From Candidatus Altimarinota bacterium (GTDB lineage: Bacteria; Patescibacteriota; Gracilibacteria; CAIRYL01): DNA of 64,000 bases. Shown here one piece after another: positions 47,416-57,835 of the stretch. The position numbers and the translations under genes were made by a program. Within the stretch, counting starts at the first letter, position 1; each line of letters opens with the position of its first letter. The DNA is taken from NCBI GenBank assembly GCA_965250085.1, contig OZ252287.1:896001-960000 (forward strand). The letters are read 5' to 3'. Below the pieces are notes generated by a model. That model saw nothing but the letters and a program-made list of their open reading frames with translations, searched no databases and was not told where the DNA came from.

Positions 47416-48273
47416 ATGATTCCAGGGCTTCTCCTTGTCAACAAACCATCGGGGAAAACGAGCTTTGACGTCATTCAGCAAATTCGAAAGACACTCAACA
47501 CAAAAAAAGTAGGTCACGCGGGGACACTCGATCGCTTTGCCACAGGTCTTGTTGTCGTAGCAGTTGGAGAAGCCACAAAGGTCCTCTCTGAGCTTCTTTT
47601 GTCAGACAAAACATATATCGCGGAACTTCACTTTGGGATTACTTCTGATACTGATGATTCGGAAGGAGAAAAGATAATCATGCCAAATATTAAGAAGTTT
47701 TCTCGATCAGATTTGCAGAGCGTACTCTCCAAATTTTTGGGAAAAATTCAGCAAATGCCCCCACTCTATTCAGCACTGAAATCTCAGGGAAAACGACTTT
47801 CTGATCGCGTCCGACGCGGAGAAGATATGCAAGTAATTCAACAGCAGAAAACAAGGGAGGTTGAAATACTCTCCATAGAAATTCTTGAATTTGCATTTCC
47901 AAAAGTGACGATAGAGGTGCAATGTGGCAGCGGAACATATGTTCGCTCTTTGGCACGAGATCTCGGAAAGGAAATGCAAACAGGAGCGCATCTTTCCGCC
48001 CTTCAAAGAACTCAGATTTGGCCCTTCCGTATTATCAATGCAAAATCCCCTGATGAGATTCATCGAGAGGACGTCTTGCCATTACAACCAATTTTTTTTC
48101 CATTTCCCAGCCGAGAAATTTCAAAACAAGAAGCACATGATATTCGGCATGGAAAATCAATCTTTTTAAAAGGAGTACACTCGGGAAAAGTAAGTCTGTT
48201 TCATGAAAGAGCACTTGTGGCGTTTGCAGAAGAGGAACAAGGAAAAATATTTCCCAAACGAGTATTTCTCTAA
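47416..48273 (+). CDS. truB: tRNA pseudouridine(55) synthase
   Basis: NKPSGKTSFD, VGHAGTLD, QMPPLYSALK, CGSGTYVRSLARD. Confidence 0.96.
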   Translation: MIPGLLLVNKPSGKTSFDVIQQIRKTLNTKKVGHAGTLDRFATGLVVVAVGEATKVLSELLLSDKTYIAELHFGITSDTDDSEGEKIIMPNIKKFSRSDLQSVLSKFLGKIQQMPPLYSALKSQGKRLSDRVRRGEDMQVIQQQKTREVEILSIEILEFAFPKVTIEVQCGSGTYVRSLARDLGKEMQTGAHLSALQRTQIWPFRIINAKSPDEIHREDVLPLQPIFFPFPSREISKQEAHDIRHGKSIFLKGVHSGKVSLFHERALVAFAEEEQGKIFPKRVFL

Positions 48274-48276
48274 AAC

Positions 48277-49242
48277 TTATTCCACAAAGGTCAGCCATTT
48301 TTTATATTTTTCCTTCCCGTTAAGACCCTCAATATCTCCGTGAACGATTCGCAAATAGAACTCGCTCAATTGAGCGGTAATTGCCCCAATAGTACCATCG
48401 CCTATTATATGACGTCCTTCTGGAGATACTGCATTTGGATTTATAGTAATACTTCCTATTGGTTTTACTTCCGCGGCAGTTCCAGTAAAAAACATTTCAT
48501 CTGCGAGCAGGAGTTCTTCGGGAAGGATGTTTCGCACTTCTGTACTGATGCCCAGTTCAAGCTTGGCAATAGTCATAATTGTACCGCGGGTAAATCCAGG
48601 GAGAATATGGTCTTCTTTAGGAGTGATGAGTTTTCCATTTTTTATCAAGAAAATATTGGTTCCAGGACCTTCTGCAACATTTCCGTCTACTGAGTCTAAC
48701 TGGAGAGCTTCATCGAACCCTCTTTTGTTCCTGGCATCTCTACTTGCTCTGCGTCCATTTCCATAATTCTGACTCACCTTTGCCTTCATATCTGCTGTGT
48801 CAGGATGCAGGCGTCGTATTTTTGAAATACCAACATTGAGGACCCCCTCAAGATATGAGAACGGCTCTACAAAGGCAGAAAAATGAACAGAAAGATCATT
48901 TTCGTGAAGACCAAGTTTTTCTGGTCGCCAAAATCCAGGCCGAATATAACGATCTTTTTTCTCCACTTCTCTAGCAGCACGAACAAGCTCTAAAATCGCT
49001 TCTCGAACTTGATCTCTGGACAGAGTCATCACCATGTCCTCAGATTCTGCAGAATGAAAAAGACGATCGACACAATCATCGAGGCGGAAGATAACGGCTC
49101 TTCCGTCATCCATCTCTCTGACCCGAATGCCATCCCAAGCTTTACCTGCGTATTCGACACTATGGCTCCCAACAGAAATCCGAGCCTCCTCTTCGGGGAC
49201 AAGTTCATCGATATGCCATACGGGAACACCTTTTTCTGGCAT
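48277..49242 (-). CDS. ilvE: Branched-chain amino-acid aminotransferase (class IV PLP)
   Basis: YIRP, KAKVSQNY (PLP Lys), EGPGTNIF, ILPGFTR, DEMFFTGTAAEV. Confidence 0.8.
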   Translation of the reverse strand: MPEKGVPVWHIDELVPEEEARISVGSHSVEYAGKAWDGIRVREMDDGRAVIFRLDDCVDRLFHSAESEDMVMTLSRDQVREAILELVRAAREVEKKDRYIRPGFWRPEKLGLHENDLSVHFSAFVEPFSYLEGVLNVGISKIRRLHPDTADMKAKVSQNYGNGRRASRDARNKRGFDEALQLDSVDGNVAEGPGTNIFLIKNGKLITPKEDHILPGFTRGTIMTIAKLELGISTEVRNILPEELLLADEMFFTGTAAEVKPIGSITINPNAVSPEGRHIIGDGTIGAITAQLSEFYLRIVHGDIEGLNGKEKYKKWLTFVE

Positions 49243-49400
49243 TTTATAAATCAAAAACAGGAGCGCAATTATTCACATTATTGTGCCAATTGTCAATTTA
49301 GAAACAAGATCAAAGTGAGATACAAACGAGATCTATTGCCAAGTAAAAAATTGACAACATCTTTTTAAAATAGTTTAATAGATATCCTGTTACTATTTTT

Positions 49401-51119
49401 ATGGCAAAATCTCTTGAAGGATCTTCTGCATTGTCGCTATCTTCATTAGCAATGGAAGAGTTTTTTAGCCATGCAACGACGCAAGAACTAATGAAGGGAA
49501 TACTATCCGATTCAGACGATGAATCGCGTGCCTTAGAACAAATATTAAAAAATCCTCAACTTTTATTGCAATTATATGCGGACTGTATGCAGGTACGCAT
49601 AGAAGATGTTCCGTTTGAAAAGATAGAAAGCATCAGACTCTTTTTTCACGAACGCATTGCCACCCTCTGTCTTAAAAATCAAGAAACAAAGCAGTATGAG
49701 ATACAGCATCTTCAGTTCTTTCAAGAACATGCCCTCATGTTCATGGCTAATGGTTTTGTGCCCGTGTTGTGTGGAGAGAGGGATAATGCATGGGGAGCTC
49801 CCCTATATCCACTTTATGGAAGGATTGGAGGAGAAACGAATGGAACAGCATTTCCAGCCGAGCATATTAAACTTCTCAAGCTTCCTGAAGGAATAACAAT
49901 GGCTGATTTTGTGGAGCCTGCTGACAGAGAAGAGGTGATGCAAAAAGCGCAGAAAGGAACTCTGGGATTTAGCGAAGAGAACATAGCTCCGTATATGAGC
50001 GTACTTACGATGTCCGCGCATCGACAAGAAGGTCAGATCGATCATGTGGAATGTTCAAGCCCCATCACGGTTCCCATTGGAAATATTGCATCACATCCAC
50101 TAGAACAAGTGAGGCAGTATGGGACAGGGCTTTTTGAAGGGATGGCAGCAGAAAGAGGTCCTGATGGAGATATATATATTTTTGGACTGCAAAATCATTG
50201 GAAAAGAATGAACAAGGGAGCTGTCTTTCTCGGAATGCCAAAGGTTCCGATGGAAGCTTTTAAAAAAATGGTGATAGACACCATAAGAGCCAATGTGGAT
50301 TCCATCCCTCCGGCGGGGCAGGGAAGACTGTATCTTCGCCCCAATCTCTGGGACCATGGAGAGAAGATACACGTCGATACGTCTGATAAGTGTTTTGCGC
50401 TTTTGATTTCTGCCGTTACGATTGGAAGTCTGGAGAGTTATTTTGCCAAAGGAGAAAAAATATTTTTTATGCCTACAAATTTTCATCGAGCGGTAGACAG
50501 AGGCCTTGGCCAAACAAAGGCTATCGGGAACTACTCAGGCACTATTCAGCTTTTACAAAAGCTTGAGCAGCACAGGATGCATGGAGTGGTCTTTCTTGAT
50601 CCAAAGCAAAAGCGGATAGAAGAAACAAATGCATCTGGCGTGATTTTCATTCAGAAGACAAAAGACGGAGACTATCGGATCATTACACCAAGTCTCAAGC
50701 ACCAGACGATTCTGGACAGCATTACCCGAAAAACAATACTGGCTCTTGCCAAAGATAAGGGATGGGAAGTCGAAGAAAAAGATATCCATCCAGATGAAAT
50801 CTACGCGCTCACCCAAGAAGATGCAGAAGAACCAATTGTTGAAATGTATGCCATAGGAACTGGCGCAGGAATGGCTCCAGTTAATAAGCTTCAAATGGGA
50901 ACATTTACTATTGATGATGAAACAGGAGAAGGGTATTTGAAAAAAGAGGGGAAACCTCTTGTGGTCAGTGAGTATGATTTACAAAATCCATGGGGAGAAG
51001 CCGGAAAAATAATTTTAGAAAAATTACTCAAGGCAAAAAATGGAGTACTGGCAACAGAACACCCAGAAAAAGAATATTTACAGTGGGTAACAAGGATCAG
51101 CCTTGATTCCACAGACTAA
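49401..51119 (+). CDS. Class IV aminotransferase with ~220-aa N-terminal extension
   Basis: QYGTGLFEGM, LYLRP, TKAIGNY, ILDSITRKT, GTGAG. Confidence 0.8.
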   Translation: MAKSLEGSSALSLSSLAMEEFFSHATTQELMKGILSDSDDESRALEQILKNPQLLLQLYADCMQVRIEDVPFEKIESIRLFFHERIATLCLKNQETKQYEIQHLQFFQEHALMFMANGFVPVLCGERDNAWGAPLYPLYGRIGGETNGTAFPAEHIKLLKLPEGITMADFVEPADREEVMQKAQKGTLGFSEENIAPYMSVLTMSAHRQEGQIDHVECSSPITVPIGNIASHPLEQVRQYGTGLFEGMAAERGPDGDIYIFGLQNHWKRMNKGAVFLGMPKVPMEAFKKMVIDTIRANVDSIPPAGQGRLYLRPNLWDHGEKIHVDTSDKCFALLISAVTIGSLESYFAKGEKIFFMPTNFHRAVDRGLGQTKAIGNYSGTIQLLQKLEQHRMHGVVFLDPKQKRIEETNASGVIFIQKTKDGDYRIITPSLKHQTILDSITRKTILALAKDKGWEVEEKDIHPDEIYALTQEDAEEPIVEMYAIGTGAGMAPVNKLQMGTFTIDDETGEGYLKKEGKPLVVSEYDLQNPWGEAGKIILEKLLKAKNGVLATEHPEKEYLQWVTRISLDSTD

Positions 51120-53329
51120 AGATAGATTTCCCTTGGTTTCGCTCCTCTTGCCGGTCCGATCATTCCTTTCTCTTCCAAAATATCGAGAATACGTGCCGCA
51201 CGCGCATATCCTACGGAGAGACGTCTTTGCAGTAATGATGCTGAAGCTTTTCCTGTACTGCGAATTACCTCTATGGCAGCTCCTTCCAGATCATCGCTCC
51301 CCCCACCCCCTCCAAATCCTCCTCCATGTGCGTTGGGGGCTGCATTCTCTTCAGAGATAAGGTCAATTTGTTCCGCATCCCCTGCGGTCAATTTTACATG
51401 ATTCACCACCCGCTCAGTCTCTTTCCCGGAAATATAAATTCCCTGAATGCGCTGCGGCCTGGAAAGCTTGGGATTGGTATAGAGCATATCTCCTTTTCCG
51501 AGGAGATCTTCAGCCCCAATACTGTCGAGAATTGTCCTTGAATCGATAGAAGAAGTTACTGAAAAAGAAATACGGGTAGGAATGTTTGCCTTAATCAGTC
51601 CGGTCACCACATCCACAGAAGGTCTTTGAGTCGCAATCAGCAAGTGCATACCCACAGCTCGTGCCATCTGTGCAATACGGCAGACCATCGCTTCGGTATC
51701 TTTTTTGTACTGCCGCATCATCAGATCTGCCAGCTCATCAATGACCAAGACAATCTTGGGAATCTTTTCTTCTTCATTGGCATTATATTCTCCAATATTT
51801 CGGTATCCCTTTTCACTAAATTCTGAATAGCGACGCATCATTTCATTGACACTCCACCTGAGAGCAGAAAGAGCCTTGTCGGCATCAGTAATTACTGGTG
51901 TAAGAAGATGAGGAATACCATTAAATGGCATGAGTTCTACTCGCTTTGGATCAACGAGAACAAGGCGAAGATCTGCTGGTGAATTTTGGAACAAGAGAGA
52001 AGTCAAAAAAGTATTCATCGCCACTGATTTTCCCGAGCCAGTAGCACCGGCAATAAGCAAGTGTGGCATATCTGCCAAATCTGCGACGATAGGATCTCCA
52101 GAAACGTTTCTGCCAATCGGCAGGCGAAGCATTCCAGAGGCTTCTGCAAATTCTGGAGAGTCCAAAATTTCCCGAAGGTGGACCACAGTCCGCTCGATAT
52201 TTGGGATTTCGATCCCCACCAGATTTTTACCCGGAATAGGAGCTTCGATACGCACGCTCTTGGCGGAAAGTGAAAGTGCCAATTCGTTTTTAAGGTTTGT
52301 AATCTTCGAAAGCTTCACCGCTTCGTCAGGAACGAGAGTAAATTGCGTCACGGTTGGGCCAATGTGTGCCGTGCGCATCTCTACCGGAATGCCAAAGTTG
52401 GCAAGTGTCTTTTGAATCTCTTCCGCCATGCGCTTGAGCTCACTATCCTTTGTATGAATTTCTGAAACGGAAGGATCCAACAAATCAAGGCCTGGGGGCT
52501 CCCAGTTAGAAGCATCAACGGTAGGAATTGTCTTAGGCGTAGTTTCTTTTTTCTGAGAAGAAGGGTTTTCAACTTTTGGAAATGACGGGCGTTTCACCTG
52601 GAAAGCATCTTTTTCACGTTCTTTTTCCAGAGCTTTTTTCATACCCTTTTCGACTTCTTTCTGCAGAAATTCTGGCCGCAGGATAGTAATTTTTTCAGCA
52701 GATTTTTTTCGAGATCCTTTTTTCTTTTTTCTGGGCACAAAAAAAGTAAGAAGTGACCAGAGCCATATCCCCACCTCTTTGAGGGAGATTTGAAATGCGA
52801 CCAAAACACCAATAAGAAAGAATCCAAACAAGAGCAAAAGAGCGCCTATATCTCCTAAGGACATGCGAAATAAAAGGCTGGAAGCAACTCCAAAAAGCCC
52901 CGCGGCTTCTTCAGGATGATTGAGAAATGGCGAACTCATGTAGATCGAAGGCATACGCCATGTATGAAAAACTCCAGATGCACCAAAAAGTACAAAAAAG
53001 CTTCCCAAGAGAGTTGTGAAATTAAAATTTGTTTTCCGGCCGAAAAATGCTGCAAAACTTAGCCCGGCAAAGAGAAATGGCAAAATCCATGCACCCACTC
53101 CAAAGAGAGTAATTAAAAGCGCACTCGTTTTCTCACCCACGATGCCAAGATTTCCTAAAAGACTCAGCAGAAAGAGGGTTCCGAGGAGTGCAAAAATAAC
53201 CCCCGCTACTTCCTGCGATATTGACTTTGGAATATCGATTTCCATTTTTGGCATTTTTGGAAAGAGAGGAACGCTTTTTTGTTTTTTTCTACGAGGAGTG
53301 GCGCGCCGGCGTCTTCTGCGAATAGCCAT
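51116..53329 (-). CDS. ftsK: DNA translocase FtsK/SpoIIIE
   Basis: N-terminal TMs; PHLLIAGATGSGKS, VIDELADLM, ATQRPS, gamma domain SASLLQRRLSVGYARAARI. Confidence 0.97.
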   Translation of the reverse strand: MAIRRRRRRATPRRKKQKSVPLFPKMPKMEIDIPKSISQEVAGVIFALLGTLFLLSLLGNLGIVGEKTSALLITLFGVGAWILPFLFAGLSFAAFFGRKTNFNFTTLLGSFFVLFGASGVFHTWRMPSIYMSSPFLNHPEEAAGLFGVASSLLFRMSLGDIGALLLLFGFFLIGVLVAFQISLKEVGIWLWSLLTFFVPRKKKKGSRKKSAEKITILRPEFLQKEVEKGMKKALEKEREKDAFQVKRPSFPKVENPSSQKKETTPKTIPTVDASNWEPPGLDLLDPSVSEIHTKDSELKRMAEEIQKTLANFGIPVEMRTAHIGPTVTQFTLVPDEAVKLSKITNLKNELALSLSAKSVRIEAPIPGKNLVGIEIPNIERTVVHLREILDSPEFAEASGMLRLPIGRNVSGDPIVADLADMPHLLIAGATGSGKSVAMNTFLTSLLFQNSPADLRLVLVDPKRVELMPFNGIPHLLTPVITDADKALSALRWSVNEMMRRYSEFSEKGYRNIGEYNANEEEKIPKIVLVIDELADLMMRQYKKDTEAMVCRIAQMARAVGMHLLIATQRPSVDVVTGLIKANIPTRISFSVTSSIDSRTILDSIGAEDLLGKGDMLYTNPKLSRPQRIQGIYISGKETERVVNHVKLTAGDAEQIDLISEENAAPNAHGGGFGGGGGSDDLEGAAIEVIRSTGKASASLLQRRLSVGYARAARILDILEEKGMIGPARGAKPREIYL

Positions 53330-53451
53330 ACAGAATTAAGAGAGAACAAGTCTCCGCCATTTTCTCAGAGTTCCATGGCAGAGGCAAGGAAGGAGATCCT
53401 TTTGGAATACTTTCCTAATAGTATATATTTAAAAAAGCCCTTCCCCCAATT

Positions 53452-54405
53452 ATGTCTCAATTACAAACAGCAAATACTATTGCCTTGATACGCCCCGCCA
53501 ATTTTACCTGGAATACGGAGACAAATGATAATGCGTTTATTCAGTATAATGCCAATATTTTGGACGAACAACAAAAGGCATTAGAGGAATTTGATCGTTT
53601 TTCTCATCTTCTTCAAGATCATGGCATTACTGTTCTCATTTTTAATGACTCCTCTGAGCCTCATACACCCGATAGTATCTTTCCCAACAATGCGATTTCA
53701 ACTCACGTGGATGGAACTCTTTGTTTCTACTCTCTCAAACCACAAAACAGGCGACTTGAAATCATAAAACACAAAGAGTGGATGAATACTCTTCGAGAAA
53801 AATTCACGATATCTAAAATATATGACTACTCTTTCGAACACGAAAAGAAAATATTTCTTGAAGGCACTGGGAGCATGGTCCTGGATCGAGAAAATAAAAT
53901 TTGTTACGCTGCTATTTCTGAGCGAACAACACCACAGATGTTATGTCAGTGGGAAGCCGATCAAGGATATAAAGTGATTTCATTTCACACTTCGCACAAG
54001 TCCTCTGGAACTGAGAAAACGAGCCCCGTATACCATACAAATGTGCTGATGAGCGTGGGAACTCATTTTGTGGCGATATGCTGGGAAGTTATTTCTGATA
54101 AAAATGAAAGAAAAAAACTTCGCGATGCATTTGAAAGTACCAAGAAAACAACAATTGCTATTACACCAGAACAAATGGATCATTTTGCTGGAAATATATT
54201 GGAAGTTCGGAATCAAGAGAATGAACATTTTATCGTCATGTCCCAGAAAGCCTTCAGAAGTTTATCTTTGGATCAAAAAGAACATTTAAAGAGGAAAGGA
54301 GGCAATATTTTAGCCCCTGATATTTCCACAATAGAAACGGTTGGCGGCGGAAGCACCAGATGCATGATGTTAGAAATATTTTTGCCACAAAAAAATACTA
54401 TTTGA
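53452..54405 (+). CDS. Amidinotransferase/arginine-deiminase-superfamily protein (CtlX-like)
   Basis: TPDSIFPNN, LEGTGSMVLD, YHTNV, IETVGGGSTRCM. Confidence 0.9.
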   Translation: MSQLQTANTIALIRPANFTWNTETNDNAFIQYNANILDEQQKALEEFDRFSHLLQDHGITVLIFNDSSEPHTPDSIFPNNAISTHVDGTLCFYSLKPQNRRLEIIKHKEWMNTLREKFTISKIYDYSFEHEKKIFLEGTGSMVLDRENKICYAAISERTTPQMLCQWEADQGYKVISFHTSHKSSGTEKTSPVYHTNVLMSVGTHFVAICWEVISDKNERKKLRDAFESTKKTTIAITPEQMDHFAGNILEVRNQENEHFIVMSQKAFRSLSLDQKEHLKRKGGNILAPDISTIETVGGGSTRCMMLEIFLPQKNTI

Positions 54406-55096
54406 TAACCTGTAAAACCCATCCAGCAAATACATCGAGCCACCCAAAAAAGAAAGCGATTCCTGTGAGGATCAATATCCATCCCATAATGTGATGTGTA
54501 TATTTAGCAATACGTGAAAGTTTTTTTAGCATTTTTTTCACCTCCGGCACAAAAAGACTGCAAATCAGAAAGGGGATGGTGAGACCCAAAGAAAAGAATA
54601 TGAGAAGCCACATTCCAGCGCGAGCAGTTGCTTCACCGGTTGCCAAAAACAAAATCGATCCCCAAATAGGCCCCGTACAGGCAAGAGAAGCAAATCCGAA
54701 GGTAGCTCCGAGAAGAAGATCACGCATGACGCGAGAGGAGGAGTGAAGACGGCTCATAATACCTCCTGGATTCACAGCAGGAAGAGGGATAATATCCAAA
54801 AGCATCAGCCCAAAAATTATAAAAAGAACGCCACCTATGCGCTGAAATAGTTCTTTGTGAACTGCAAGAGGGGTTCCGAGAAAGCGGACACTCATTCCGA
54901 TCAGAGCAAACGCAGTAGCAAAACCAAAGGCAAAGATAAGAGTATTGCCAAATATCTTCCAGCGAGAATTTTTTTGGACAGCACTGCCTCCCAGAAATGC
55001 AAAGAACCCAGGAAGGACAGGAATGATGCACGGCGAAAAAAAGGCCGCAATTCCAGCAAGAAATGCGACCCAAAGTGTAATATTCGCAAGTTCCAT
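54398..55096 (-). CDS. ccdA: CcdA-family thiol-disulfide membrane protein
   Basis: AFLAG..FFSPCIIP and CTGP cysteine motifs, 6 TM. Confidence 0.88.
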   Translation of the reverse strand: MELANITLWVAFLAGIAAFFSPCIIPVLPGFFAFLGGSAVQKNSRWKIFGNTLIFAFGFATAFALIGMSVRFLGTPLAVHKELFQRIGGVLFIIFGLMLLDIIPLPAVNPGGIMSRLHSSSRVMRDLLLGATFGFASLACTGPIWGSILFLATGEATARAGMWLLIFFSLGLTIPFLICSLFVPEVKKMLKKLSRIAKYTHHIMGWILILTGIAFFFGWLDVFAGWVLQVIK

Positions 55097-55102
55097 AATA
55101 TT

Positions 55103-55885
55103 CTATGAGCTGACTTCTTCAATAGCGGCATTGAGAGTCGCCTCAGGAACAGCCCCTGGCACAAGCCTCACCTTTCCAGTTTTTGTGTTGAGTAGAATGT
55201 TCCCAGGAGTTCCGATCACACCGATACTGGCCCCTTCTGTGAAATCTGCTTGAACACGACCAGCCATCTCATCTGAATCAAGACAATTTTGGAAAGCATC
55301 AGCATCAATGCCTATACTACTGGCAATCGCACCAAGACCCTCCACCTTATGAGATCCAAATTCTTCTCCAAAAATGACATCACTAAACTTCCAGAAAGCT
55401 TCATCATCTCCGAGTTTTGCAACACATTCACTCGCTTCGCCTTTCTTTTGAGCTCCAGCATGAATACTCAACGGAAAATGCCGATAAATCCATGCGACTC
55501 GTCCACCAGAATTGTCCACAACGGATTGAGCAGTAGGATGAAATCGTTGGCAATACGGACACTCAAAATCAGAATATTCAATCAAGAGGATCTCTGCATC
55601 GCGGGAACCAACAACATGATCAGATTCGCGCAACCCAGGAACCGATTCGGCTTTTTCTGCAGCTTCTTTTTGCTGAACCTCTTGAGCATTACGAGCTTCT
55701 TCCTCCTGACGACCAACATATCGATCAATTCCTGCATCTACAGCAGAGTCAAGACCTTTCAAATAGTCTCCCAAAGGGGGAACGCCAGTAAAAAGGAAAA
55801 TAAGAACCAGGAGATTCAACACTGACAAAATAGCAATGACAGCATGAATAATTTTTGAAAGAGAAGGATTTTCTTTTTTGGACAT
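55103..55885 (-). CDS. DsbA-family thioredoxin-fold protein
   Basis: N-terminal TM; EYSDFECPYC, YRHFPL, GTP. Confidence 0.9.
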   Translation of the reverse strand: MSKKENPSLSKIIHAVIAILSVLNLLVLIFLFTGVPPLGDYLKGLDSAVDAGIDRYVGRQEEEARNAQEVQQKEAAEKAESVPGLRESDHVVGSRDAEILLIEYSDFECPYCQRFHPTAQSVVDNSGGRVAWIYRHFPLSIHAGAQKKGEASECVAKLGDDEAFWKFSDVIFGEEFGSHKVEGLGAIASSIGIDADAFQNCLDSDEMAGRVQADFTEGASIGVIGTPGNILLNTKTGKVRLVPGAVPEATLNAAIEEVSS

Positions 55886-55978
55886 AAGGAGATAAGAAAG
55901 AGTAAAAATAAGTGCGGAAAATAGTGTCGCGAAATTCTGAAGAAAAGTAAAACACTTTCTCCTGCACATATGTGAGAT

Positions 55979-57748
55979 TTATTCCTGCAAAGAAGGGAAC
56001 CGTTCATTTCTGAGTTTAATAGAGATGTTTTCTGGAAGAGAGGGAATTCGCCTGTTCCAAAATGGCCAAAGAGAGATCTCTACTGCAGAAACTTCTTCTC
56101 GATTGGACAGCAAAGCTTCCGCTTCTTCTTTTGAAAGACCTGTGATTTGTGATTTTATTTCATTTACAAATAAAATCCCTGCTTCACTCCGAGGATCAAT
56201 CAAAAATTCTTCTGCTCCTCGAGAAGGAATAGAAATTTTCAAAAATCCCTCTTGTTCATTTTTTTCGAGAAGCTCAGCTGCATTTTCATTGATATCAATT
56301 GCAGCCAGCCTCATTGAAGAATCAGTTTTAGTAGAAAGATGTGCCCAGAGAAGTTTTCTGAGTTCAGAATCAGAATATGCCCAAGCGCGGACGCGTATTT
56401 TTGCAGCAATAGTAAAGCTTTCTTGCGTCGTTCCAAGAATATCTTTTTCTATTTCCAAGTCCAGAACCTCTTTTTCCACAAAACCTTTTCCCAAAAGCAA
56501 AACAAGATCTGTACTTTCCTCATGATTTTTTTCTTGCAAGAATCGCAAAATATCTTTTTCAGCACCTTCCAAAAGCTCTGACTCAATTTTATTTTGCGCC
56601 GCCTCTATATCGACTTCCGCAATTCTCGGAATCCAATCAGTAAATCCTCCAGAAAAATGTTCTTCAGATTCTGCCCACAGTCCTGTTTGAGAAGACTCTG
56701 GAAGACCCGGAAGAAAAAACTTTTGTGGACTTATATTTCCTCTTTCTCCAACAAATTCTCCAAAAACATCTTGTTCATCGGCAACCACCGGCATTTTAAG
56801 CGTGCCCGGTACTAATTCGCCATTGGGATTTGTGATGGATGAAGGGATAATGACCCAATCTTCTATACGAAAAACAAGTCCTACATTGTTTTGAAACCTC
56901 GTAGTGGGACGAAGACGCTTCTCCTCAGGAAACGCGTTATAAATCACAATTTCTCCATTTGCATTGGTCCCTTGAAACTCTTTGGAGACAGTGGGAAATT
57001 CTATAGCTTTTTCGAAAACAGATTCGAGAGGAACTCCTATCACGTGATCTTCTTTCAAAATATCAGGATCAACATTTCCTTTTTCTGCGTTAATGAGCTG
57101 CAAATTCGTAATGGTTTCAATAGCTTTTGTTTCTGGAGTAATAAAAACAGTTGACCCGGGAAAAGCGACAAAGGAAAGAAAAAAGAATAACGCCACAGAA
57201 AAAAGAAGAAGGAGAGAAAGAGCTTGCCAAGAAGGCTCTGTCAAAAACTCTTTCCAACTCTGAGGACGATGAAATGTGTAGTGAGGATTTTCTTCTATGG
57301 TAATAGGAACTTTTCGTATGGAGGATGGAAAGTCTTTTTCCGTGTTTTTTTTGGCAACAATAGCATCCTTTGGTGCCTTTTTCCCCCAGTGCTCAAGGGA
57401 GGGATGTGCTTCTATAAGGGCCGTTTCACACATTTTACGACCCTTTGGATAATGTGTAATAATTATGAGATTTTTCCCATTTTTTTCTGCTTCTGTGTGA
57501 AGAATTTGAAGATTGACAATACTCTCAAAGATAATAGATTTTCGAGAGAGCACAAATACAGTTGTATCTGATTTACAATTTTTCATGCTTTGGATCAAAT
57601 CTGAGAGATCTGCATTTTGATCCATATAAAAAACTCGCTCATTCATGCTCTTTTTCTTCAAAAAATCAGGCAGAAAGAAAGATACGGACTTTTCTCTTTT
57701 TTGTGAAGAAGCAAAATATCTGTCATGTTTTTTTGAACTCCAAAACAC
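55979..57748 (-). CDS. Conserved CPR membrane protein (baseplate-J-like domain)
   Basis: One TM; ANGEIVIYN, TTRF..GLVFR, GERGNI, ISLWPFW..IP motifs. Confidence 0.7.
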   Translation of the reverse strand: MFWSSKKHDRYFASSQKREKSVSFFLPDFLKKKSMNERVFYMDQNADLSDLIQSMKNCKSDTTVFVLSRKSIIFESIVNLQILHTEAEKNGKNLIIITHYPKGRKMCETALIEAHPSLEHWGKKAPKDAIVAKKNTEKDFPSSIRKVPITIEENPHYTFHRPQSWKEFLTEPSWQALSLLLLFSVALFFFLSFVAFPGSTVFITPETKAIETITNLQLINAEKGNVDPDILKEDHVIGVPLESVFEKAIEFPTVSKEFQGTNANGEIVIYNAFPEEKRLRPTTRFQNNVGLVFRIEDWVIIPSSITNPNGELVPGTLKMPVVADEQDVFGEFVGERGNISPQKFFLPGLPESSQTGLWAESEEHFSGGFTDWIPRIAEVDIEAAQNKIESELLEGAEKDILRFLQEKNHEESTDLVLLLGKGFVEKEVLDLEIEKDILGTTQESFTIAAKIRVRAWAYSDSELRKLLWAHLSTKTDSSMRLAAIDINENAAELLEKNEQEGFLKISIPSRGAEEFLIDPRSEAGILFVNEIKSQITGLSKEEAEALLSNREEVSAVEISLWPFWNRRIPSLPENISIKLRNERFPSLQE

Positions 57749-57835
57749 ATACTATTTTTCGGATACTAATCGGCTTACTTTGCAATCCATTTTCTTTTCT
57801 GAGAAAATAGCGGTCGTATTTTACTTATACGCGCT

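Noticed and set aside
55979-57748. Prophage or contractile injection system
   Set aside because: Lone baseplate-J-like membrane protein among housekeeping genes; no other phage structural genes
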